NCBI GenBank assembly: GCA_046563655.1
Contig: CM102286.1
Coordinates: forward strand, 5,952,001-6,016,000
Direction: 5' to 3'
Length of the DNA: 64,000 bases
DNA from: Yuukianura sp. NJ FZ-2021
Lineage: Eukaryota
Shown here: piece by piece, positions 12,452 to 21,800 of the stretch
How the letters are laid out: each line of letters begins with the position of its first letter
How positions within the stretch are numbered: the stretch's first letter is position 1
Program-made: the position numbers and the translations under genes
Notes under the pieces: generated by a model
Databases searched by the model: none
Told to the model about the DNA's origin: nothing
Seen by the model: only the letters and a program-made list of their open reading frames with translations

Positions 12452-15400
12452 ATGGAGCCATCAGAGTCCGAGTATTGTCTTCGCTGGAAAAAGTACGAAG
12501 TTAACTTCCGGACGTTCTTCGCTGATCTGTATCAAAATGAAGCACTGGTTGATGTGAGTTTGGTTACTCAAGAAGGAGCTATCACGACTGCTCATCGCGT
12601 CGTGCTCTCAGCATGCAGTCAATATTTTCAGGTAATGACATTCTGTCGTTTTAAAAATGATTCGCAGACGTTTTTGTGATTCTGGACGTGACATATGATA
12701 CAGTACAATGACAATCGTGCTGACCTTCCCGTGTTTTCTTTGTTTCAGAACATATTCAACACGATTCCAAATCACCCACATCCCGTGATTGTCTTGAAAG
12801 ATATCTCTGCCGCTGACCTTCAATCCATTCTTTGTTTCATGTACAAGGGCACGGTCAATGTCGTACAAAATCGAGTTAATGGAATTATTACCGTAAGTTT
12901 TGAAAAACTAACGTGTAGTTTAAGTTTTATCTACTAAATTGAAAATCAGAGAACTCAAATGTTTTGGGTTTTAGATTGCCTCTAGTCTTCAAGTCAAGGG
13001 CTTATCCGGGGCGCCATCTTGTTCTCCAGAGCGTCCAGGGCTATCGCCAAACATCCCCACGACAATAAATTCAACGACGAACAATAATTGTTCAGCACCT
13101 CCGTTGAAACCAATTATCGCAAAAGCCATGGCGAACATTATAGCCGGCAGGACATTGCCAAATCTAAGACCTTCTCCAGAAAATGTCAAGGCCAGCCAGA
13201 AGCGGAAACTGGAAATAACACCGCTGTCACATGAGACTGATTATAAAGCACAAGGAGGTAATAATGGAATCTCCTATATTTACGATTTGAAAGGGAATTC
13301 AATTTCGATTTTGATGACAGAAAAAGAGACTGATTATTTCGGTAAACCACCACCACTTCATTGTCAACCTTCTCAAACAAAGTATCCATTACTCGAGAAA
13401 TCATCACAGTCCATTGAAATTAAGCTGGAACACATGGAACCCTCGTCTTTCTCTTCTATGAAAGTAAGTTTTGTTGATTCATGGCTGAAACCAAACTTCT
13501 CATGTTTGGAGTTGATAAAAATCTTAATTTGTGTTGAATAGGATGAAAGTAGTGACGAGGATGACCTGAGCGACAGCAATTTTCTTGGAGTAAATGACAC
13601 TGAGGGAGAAGATGGAAGCAATGGGGATGGTATGCTTGCGCCGCTAATTTACTTTTTATTGGTTATTAAGTAGCTTTAGCTACTTTATAAAAGTATTTTT
13701 GTCCGTCATCGCGTTTTCCGTCATATCTCCATAAGGAAAGCCGGTCCGTCATCACGTTCTCTGTCATGGCATAGGGAACTCCATTGGTCATCACGTTCTC
13801 TGTCATGTCCATAAGATAGGCCTGTCCGTCATCACGTTCTCTGTCATGTCCATAAGAAAGGCCTGTCCGTCATCACGTTCTCTGTCATGACATAGGGAAC
13901 ACCATTGTAAAATGGTGAAAATATCCGCTCAATTATCTCGGAAACTACTGGATCGATTTCGTTCCGGTTTTCACCGTTTAGCAGCTAATGACCCGGGTGA
14001 GGTCAAGTTTGCAAAATCATTCCGGTTAGTGACCTCCTTCCGGGTCAAAATCGATTTCAAAGTTCACGTGAATTCATGCATGGAGAAGTGTGGGTATAAA
14101 AAACTCTGCTTGTGGGACTGGAAAGGTAAATGGCATGGGAGTTGGTTTTCTGCTTAGCAAAAAATCAACTACGCAGCAGTTGACCAACACACTCATGCAC
14201 TGTGTCCTGTCCAAGATCCATTCCTTCTGTTGTTGCTTCATCCGGATCCTACCTCTTCACATCTTAACTTGACCTCACCCCCATTTCCGCTGTGGGGGGT
14301 GAGAAAGTGGGGGAAACACCGCCCCACTCCCCCGGGGAGGTGGGGCGGAAAGGTGGGGAGAACACACCCACTCCCCCGGGAGGGGGTGGGAAAGTGGGGG
14401 GAACACCCCCCCCCCCCGGGGGGGGGGGGGGGGGAACACACCCCACCTAATCGCTAAAGCTACTTTTTTATGTGCGGTTTACAACCGGTTTATTTTTTGT
14501 AGTGGATTCTCAATTAACTATTCACTTTGTAGGATTTCTGTCCAGTTCAAAAACTCTGGAAAGCCTAAACGACAATTTGGGTGGAGTCGAGTTTGTTGAT
14601 GACTCGGATTACTCGGAGGCATTGGAATTCGTGGAACAAGATGTACAATTTCTCAATGACGCTTCTGGCTCAGCAGGCCAGCATTTTATGACAGGTAAGT
14701 TTTTAACTTAGCATAACTTAACAGGATGTTAACTATGAAAAACTCAATTAATCCTGCCAATATTTGTTAGGGGTCACCGGGCAAGAGCAGAAGGCACCTA
14801 CCAAGAGGAAAGCTGGGTCAGAAACTAGAAGATTTAAATGCAATACATGCGGTAATTCCCTTGAATTTAATCAAAATTAATTTAACATAATCTGCGTAAT
14901 AACTTTTATTGGGGAGGTTGCGCTGCAAACCTATTTACTATCTCCCATCGCGATGGGTTTAGGAATAGGTTTAGGTATCGGCATTGTGCGTTACTAAAAA
15001 TGAGCTCACTCTTGCCACTTACCTAACGTCTTGCGACCTATCGGAAAGCCAGGAAATTGCGAAAAAATTCTCACACAGCTGATCCAATGTTTACATCAAC
15101 GTAACATAAGCTATAAAATTGGTATATTCTTAAATGGACTATTGTTTAACTAAAATTTCATATTGTAAAAATTTTCTCATCATCGTTTTAAAATATCGAC
15201 TGTTTTTTCAGAACTTCTGGAATTTCCAAAATTTGTATTTTGTCGTCAAAACTTTAAATTCTTTGCATTAAATTACAAACTGAATTAAATTAAAAATTAA
15301 ATTTACATGATTTTTCTCCAATTCTTTTATGATTTTTTATTTTTTAGTTCATCTGAATTGCCATTTTTTATGGCGTTCATCACAAATTTTATTGTATTTT

Positions 15401-17566
15401 CTGTTCAAATTTCCTACGGCGTATTCGAATTATAATTTATCGGGGAAAATTATTATTTTTCAAAATTTGAATTTTGTTTTCTCTCCGAATTTCGTTTTTT
15501 TCCTCGAAAATTGTGTTTTAAAAAAAGTTGTTTTAAAAAATTTTATTACTGTCTGAAGATTGTTTCATGTTTTTTTAATACTTTTGGTTATTGTCTTCAA
15601 ATTTTCTGTTTTCTCATATTTTTGGTTATTGTGCAAAATTTTTTTGTTGTTTTTAAAATTCTTTTCTTATTTTCTCAAACATTTCTATTCTTTTTCAATA
15701 TTTTTCACTATTGTTTGAAAAAATTTAATCGTTTTTGAATGTTTTTAGTTATTAGGGGTTCTCACGGCCCAAAAAAGAATCCGATTCTTTTCGCAAGTGG
15801 TTCTTTTTTTCTCGGTTTATAATCCTTCTGCTTGAGTGGACCGTTTTTGTGAAAGATTATTAATCGGTTCTTTTTTGAGATGGGAGTAAGAACTTGTAAA
15901 TCGGAATAACCTCTGCTTCACTAGTAGAGTCCAGTTGTTTATTTCATTATTACTTAAAAACAGCTAAGAATTCCGTCGAAAAGTGATAAGCAGTTAATTA
16001 ATAACCTAAGACGCAAAAACGATGATTTGATAAATTTGGCAACAGGACTAGTTTTGTCAGTTCCGTCGTCAGTTACGCATGTATCAGCATCACATTCATC
16101 AGGATCTTTCAGAACGATCAATTCAGTATCCCCCACAGCTTCAAGTACGGTTGACGCTTGGCTAACAATTTCTTCTGGTACTCCAATCTCCACAAAACCA
16201 TCAGAAGCCAAAACAAACGGAGGTGTAACGTTGGCTCGTACCCATTACTTCGTCCAAAACATTAAAGTATGGACATTGCTTTAAGATCCAACCTAAAACA
16301 CAAAACGATGTAATGATCACATTTTCTGCGTCGTATTTTAGGGCTTTTCGTCAGGTATATCTTAGGTAACCTTTGTCAATGTCACTGCCGATGTCAGGAT
16401 CCACCCCAAATCCGCTAGAGTTTAGCTTCTGTCGAATTTCCATGTATTTTCCGATAAACTTGTCAAACCGATTTTTCAACTGCTGATCGGTGCAGTCGAG
16501 CTTCAAGTGGTCATGCATTTTAGGTAGAAAATGTAGCTTCCGACCACCTTTGTCGCCGACATTCTAAAACGGATAGAAACAAATCAAAGAATACAAACAT
16601 TAAAGAAAGTTACGATTAAATACAGTCTTCTATATTTTTTTTCGGAATTTCTCACCTTGTAGGCTTCATAATTTGCAGCAAAGTACTCAGCCATCACAGT
16701 TTTAATTTCATTAGTCCATTTGAATGACGACGGAGTGACCGAACTATCACTGGAGGGGTGACGGGCCTTTGGCATGATAGTTATTTAGATATAACTAATT
16801 AAACTGGAACTAAACACTAAAAACTTATCGATAACTTTGAAAAACGAATAAGAGAAACAGAGAGAATCGGATTCTTTTGAAAAAGAACCACTCCAAAGAG
16901 GTTCCGAGGAAAAAGGGATTATAATCCACTTTTTGAATTTCGCGCCCGAAAAAAAAGAACCGATTCTGAAAAAGAATCGGAATTTGGATTATAATCCACC
17001 ACCGTGAGAACCCCTATTGTCTTAAAATTTTCTACTGTTTTTTAATATTTTTATATATTGTCTTAAAATTTTATATTTCACTTTCTCACAATTATAGGCG
17101 GAATTGAGATAGGTAATGAAGATGGGGTTGGGCTTAGGTCTTATCTAAGAGAGGCCCTCCGTTAGATCACCTATCTCAAAATCTATACCTAACGAGCCGA
17201 TTCTACCTAACAAAAACCGGAAGTAACCTATCTCGTTAGGTGATAGGTCGTGCAGCGCAACCTCCCTCCATTTTCTCTTCCGTATCCATAAACTTAAATG
17301 CGGAGGACTGACTAAACTTAAGCATGTGCCCTTTAATTTTCCTAGGAAACATGTATGCCAAAAAATCGGGCCTTACTCGCCACATGCGTTGTTCTCATGC
17401 TGGATTGAATTCTTTCCTTTGCAATTTATGTAACAAGTGTTATACAAGAAGCGATATACTGACAAAGCATAAGCGACGAGTCCATAACGTTTTTAGTACA
17501 ACTACGGCAGAGAATAATGCAATGGAAATACCTCCTCCAGAAACATTCACAATCACAATAGGATAG
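12452..17566 (+). CDS. Tramtrack/Broad/lola-type BTB-C2H2 zinc-finger protein, isoform A (about 454 aa); exons 12452-12631, 12749-12892, 12975-13463, 13542-13629, 14533-14694, 14771-14851, 17346-17566
   Basis: BTB domain EYCLRWKKY...LVDVSLV...AHRVVLSACSQYFQ...HPHPVIVLKD...FMYKGTVNV...SLQVKGL. Fingers FKCNTCG|NMYAKKSGLTRHMRCSH and FLCNLCNKCYTRSDILTKHKRRVH. Splice phases are consistent. Confidence 0.88.
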
Positions 17567-17985
17567 GTAGGATACACTTCAATATCGTGAACATACAGGC
17601 CTAACTAAATAACTTGGTGAATTTTGACAGGAAACCAGTACAACAAATATTCTCACCTCAATCGACAGTAAGTGTTTGTTTTTTTAGTTAAATAATTGAC
17701 CTTGTCGAAAGTCAAGTTAAAGTAAACTTAAACTTTCAACTAATCGATGTTTATTTTCTATTCCTACAGCCTGCAGACTCATGCGGACCCAAGGTACGCA
17801 AGAATAAAAAAAAGGCTCCCGAATTCCGGCCTTTAACATTTTTAACATTGCGGTTAATCATTTTGTATTTTCGTTTTAGATTTCAATGTGATAAGTGTCT
17901 GAAATTGTTCGTTCGGAAGGATGTGCTGCGCCGACACCTCATCGAAGTTCACAATGTGGTTGTGCAAAATTGTAAAATCAAATGA
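12452..17985 (+). CDS. BTB-C2H2 protein isoform B (about 436 aa): shared exons to 14851, then 17631-17667, 17770-17793, 17880-17985
   Basis: Three small GT-AG exons, absent from the ORF track, join in frame to give FKCNTCG|NQYNKYSHLNR|HLQTHADP|RFQCDKCLKLFVRKDVLRRHLIEVH...stop, which is two canonical C2H2 fingers. Confidence 0.8.
13697..13910 (+). repeat. About five 39-43 bp tandem units (core GTCATCACGTTCTCTGTCATG) inside the HINE-like element
   Basis: Units are directly visible, e.g. GTCCGTCATCACGTTCTCTGTCATGTCCATAAGATAGGCCT. Confidence 0.9.
14278..14448. repeat. G/C-run tandem repeat with self-complementary C-run/G-run hairpins
   Basis: Repeated unit resembling GGGGGTGGGAAAGTGGGGGAACACCC...CCCCGGGG, ending in a long poly-C/poly-G tract. 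Confidence 0.85.
15754..17015 (-). mobile_element. PIF/Harbinger-superfamily non-autonomous element carrying only a Myb/SANT-like gene, nested in the previous element
   Basis: TIR AGGGGTTCTCACGG / CCGTGAGAACCCCT; 3-bp ATT duplication (15751-15753 and 17016-17018); mirrored subterminal AAGAATC(C/G)GATTCTT, AAAGAACC and TTATAATCC motifs. No DDE transposase ORF. Confidence 0.85.
15954..16775 (-). pseudogene. Myb/SANT-like DNA-binding gene of the Harbinger-type element; 3 exons (16775-16656, 16563-16371, 16292-15954) with a probable frameshift near 16238
   Basis: Spliced product MPKAR...FKWTNEIKTVMAEYF...CTDQQLKNRFDKFIGKYMEIRQKLNSSGFGVD...WILKQCPYFNVLDEVMG. The frame then stops at 16201-16203, while RANVTPPFVLASDG... 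continues in another frame to 15954. Confidence 0.72.
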
Positions 17986-18853
17986 TAAAACCTTTACGAC
18001 CTTGAGGGGACGTCCTACGGAGCCATACAACGACTAGAAAAAGGAATCTACGCTGTTGCTAATTACAGAATTCACGTTCGGCGCTGTTTATTTTTGCTAA
18101 GTAAATGAAATCTAAGACAGAATTTATTCTTCGAAAATACAGGACTGTAATTATTTATTTATATTAAACTCCATAAAAAACGTAATTTGTTTGACTGTTC
18201 TCAGAATGAAAGTTTCATTACATTACATACAAACCCAAGCAGGAATTAAGCGTAAACATTTGTTTTGGAAGCGTGCAAGTGCAAGGCCTTATTTCAGAAA
18301 GAAAACTTGCTGCTGAAGGTAGGAACAGATTTAACCCAATGCGGTCAATTCAAAACCGCGAAGAAGAAATTTGTTTTTTTTTGTCATGTCAAGACGACAG
18401 GATGAAAACATTGAAAACAATATTTTACTTGTAGAGTCCTAATTCATTCGAGATTTGATGTACAACAAGTGCTAGATTCATTTTTTAAAACTTATTTAAC
18501 GTTTGGTAGGTTTTTTTTTATTACAACAGTTCCAACGGAGGAAAGCTCAATCAAAGTTTCCATACCAAACAGCTGATCCTCATTGTGGCTTAGTAAGTAA
18601 ACGGGACGGGAATTTAATGTTGTCACCTTCACTTTCTCTATCAAACATCTAAAGTCAAAGTTAATCTTTTTTAATAATTTAATTTTATAAAATAATTTTC
18701 TGATAATTTATAGTCTTTGATTTTATTTCACCCGCTCTAAAAGGTAAACAAGTGGACGCAACGAAGAATCTTCGTCGCATCATTTGCAATTATCCATTCA
18801 CTGGTCTAGTGCCGAGGCCGACGCCGAGAATCTAATATTTGTTGGACTACGTT

Positions 18854-21800
18854 ATGTCCAATTCAACGTCTAGTGGAGCCGCTGCCGCGGTACCGGTAAC
18901 AAGTGAAGAATTTCTGCAACGTAGCTCGTCGTGGACACTTGCCTGTGATAACGCTGTGCTCAATCGATTGAAAGCGTTCTCCGAGGTTTGATACGGCTTT
19001 AAATGAAAATTAGATGAGGTGGGATTTTATAACTGAACAATTTTATAAAACAGAAGGTGTCCAGACAATCTCAGGAAATCCTACAAGAATGTGATAATCT
19101 TTCTACCGAGATTGATCTTCTAAACGTCAGGGTTCAGACTGTGACAAATGAATTCCTTATACTGTCCAATACACAGTTTACTGAAAATCGGGTGGAGGAA
19201 TTCCAGGAGATGCTGACAACCCATCCAACCAATCAAAATGTGCCTATGAAGACAAAAGCGGAGAAGGAACTGGAATTAATTGCCAAAATGAAAGAAGCCA
19301 TTAAAATTGGTGTTGCTGTCAAATCGCAGCAACAACTAAAACGGTAAAACAAACCACATCATTATTTTAAAAGCTAGCCTAACAACCTTAGTTATTTGGT
19401 AAAAAGATTTAAAACTGATGCATCTTGCTTTTGCAGTGATAATTTACATGGAGCCCCTGCACCATATGCAATCAAGAAGTTACCTCATATTATTGGAACA
19501 CCAAAGTTCTTTAGTAGTAGATACTGCGGCCTTGTGGATGAGATAAACTTTCAGCAAGGTACTGCGAAGTCTATTACTGAAGATGAAGATATTGAACCTA
19601 ACGGTGAAGACGTTCAAAGCACCGCTATCACTCCGTCAGATATACATGTTGTCGTCGCTTCTAATCCTGAACCACAGTCTTTCACCAATCCGGCGAAACA
19701 TACGACTAAGAATGGGCATTTTGAAGATATATTTTTTCCCTCAAGGGAGCTATACGTACCACCTACCGATAAGGTGCGTCAAAACTCCTACTCTACTTAC
19801 TAAAATCTGGCCAAGTCCAGCACCATTTAGTTTGACCGATGTTGTATTTTTTTATTCCAGTCTTTATATAAAGAAGGGTCGCCAAGTTCAGACGATCAGT
19901 TCATTCATCGACGGACCCCGTCAACTGCTGCTTCTTCAAGCAGCAACTTAGCTCCAGAAAGTGAAAGGAAAGAAGGCTCTGATACATCTTCAATCTCGGT
20001 AAAGTATTGCTTATTGGTTCAAAATACCTGTCTATTCTTAGAGATCTGACCATATGATGTTACAAATAGGAAAACAAGCCACATACGGAAAGTAATGCAC
20101 GCCATACTCTTCCGCCTCCGATTATTGATACCAACAGTGATGATTCTGATGACGACTTCCGGCCTCTAGAGCCTGGGAAGGGTAGGGTCCATGCCATTAC
20201 ATCGAAAAAAAGACATCGAAAGAAAAGACATCGCAGAAAAAGACATCGAAAAGAAACACATCGAAAATAGAAACACATCAAAAATATAAACACATCGAAA
20301 CAAAAGACATCGAAAAGAAAGACATCGAAAATGCAAACACATCGAAACAAAAGACATCGAAAACTAACCTCACTCAGCCAAACCTACGCAGGCAATCACT
20401 ATTGCGTGCTTTACCAAACCTAACGCCGCGCCTTCGGCGCGGAAATTCCAACGAAATTTGTGCTTGCAGTTTCAGTCTAAAAATGAAAACTTTAGGTTTG
20501 GCGTTAGGTTTGGTAAAGCTCGCAATAGTGATTGCGTGCGTAGGTTTGGCTGACTGGACTGAGGTTAGTTTTCGATGTCTTTTGTTTCGATGTGTTTGCA
20601 TTTTCGATGTCTTTCTTTTCGATGTCTTTTTCTCCGATGTCTTTTCCTTCGATGTCTTTTTTTCGATGTAATGGCGTGCTTCGGAAGGGTAATTTAGTGT
20701 TCTTAAACGTCTGACTTCTAAATCAGTTCTTATACCCTTACCTTGGTTTCTGTTTCGCAAAGGTCTTGCGAAATCCATTTTTGCAGATGAAGATGATGAC
20801 GAAATGTTTGGCAACAATTCATTGTTTCGATCCAGCGCCAGTGCCGGTGCGAACGAAGACCTATTTTTTAACAAGCCACCTAACATAAATAGCTTGTTCG
20901 GTCAGAATGCACGTCCAACTCCAGTTATGCTGCCGTCAGCTCCACCTCCGATATCGCCAAGCAAAGCTCCACCGGCGCAAAGAGCTACTCCTCCTACTCT
21001 TCATTCCCGTGACAGCGATACTAAACAAGCACAAAGTACAGACAAAGATACGGTCACAAGTGACATGGAATCGAGACACATTAGTACGAGTATTTCAGAT
21101 ACCTTGAATAAGCATTTTCTTGAAAATCCGATTCGTCCCATTGCGAATGAGGAGGTTGAAAATCCAGTTGCTCGAAACCACAACCATTCTGAATCCCGTA
21201 CGCAAGTAGAACGTGCCAAACCCGAACCTGAGCCAGTTACAAAAGTTGATAACGCATCTAGTCTTCCTTCGCTTCATACTGAAACTGCTGGTCCTGCCAC
21301 TGAGAAGCATGTAAAAGAAGTATTTGATCCACTGCCCGGGAAGAGCTTTGTTAAATCAATGGCACTGGGTTTAAAAATTGATCCTGCCGCGCTGAATCCT
21401 GGAGCTAAGTTCCCAGCACGTCGTGCTTCACCCATTCAGAATTTACCAGATGATTCTCCGCAGATGGAGTCAGTAGACCAAAACGAAGTTCGAGAACAAA
21501 GCTTGCCAAAACCTCCAGCTCAAGAGGGACGTTCTGATTTGAACAATGCAGAAAATTCTGAGGTGGATAAGACCACACGGAATCCTATGCGACAATCTTC
21601 TGTTGTGAAAACAATTGCAGCGGAAATCAAAATTAATCCCAGTGCTTTAATGCCCGGCATGAAACCACCGGCACGTCACGATTCCATTCCAGCAAATTCG
21701 ACTGTGATTGAGAGTGCGCAAACGCAAGTGATTTCTACAGAACGTGTGAAAGATTCCGATGATCGTATTTTACCACCGCAGGAGAAAGCACCCGCATATA

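Larger units (their letters stand above)
13666..14498 (+). mobile_element. Non-autonomous Helentron/DINE-1-like (HINE) element in BTB gene intron 4
   Basis: 13-bp subterminal inverted repeats AAGTAGCTTTAGC (13668-13680) and GCTAAAGCTACTT (14453-14465); 5' palindrome AAGTAGCT-TT-AGCTACTT; GTCCGTC-containing tandem repeats; core ATCTCGGAAACTACTGGATCGATT; 3' stem-loop CGGTT-TAC-AACCG (14475-14487) followed by a T-run; no TSD. Removing it leaves an intron of about 70 bp. Confidence 0.72.
14912..17266. mobile_element. Non-autonomous TIR DNA element (about 1.1 kb without its nested insert) in the zinc-finger-splitting intron
   Basis: Ends GGGAGGTTGCGCTGCAAACCTAT and ATAGGTCGTGCAGCGCAACCTCCC (16-bp perfect, about 24-bp imperfect inverted repeat). 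Subterminal ACCTA/TAGGT repeats at both ends and an AT-rich degenerate tandem interior. No TSD recognised. Confidence 0.75.

Noticed and set aside
13697..13910. Regularly spaced repeats resembling a CRISPR array
   Set aside because: The intervening sequences resemble each other, there are no cas genes, and the array lies inside a transposon in a eukaryotic intron.
14230..14457. Pro/Gly-rich ORFs on both strands
   Set aside because: Artefacts of G/C homopolymer repeats within the element.
20060..20886. Several overlapping repetitive ORFs (FRCLFF, FDVF, KKTSK)
   Set aside because: Translations of the MITE's tandem-repeat arms.
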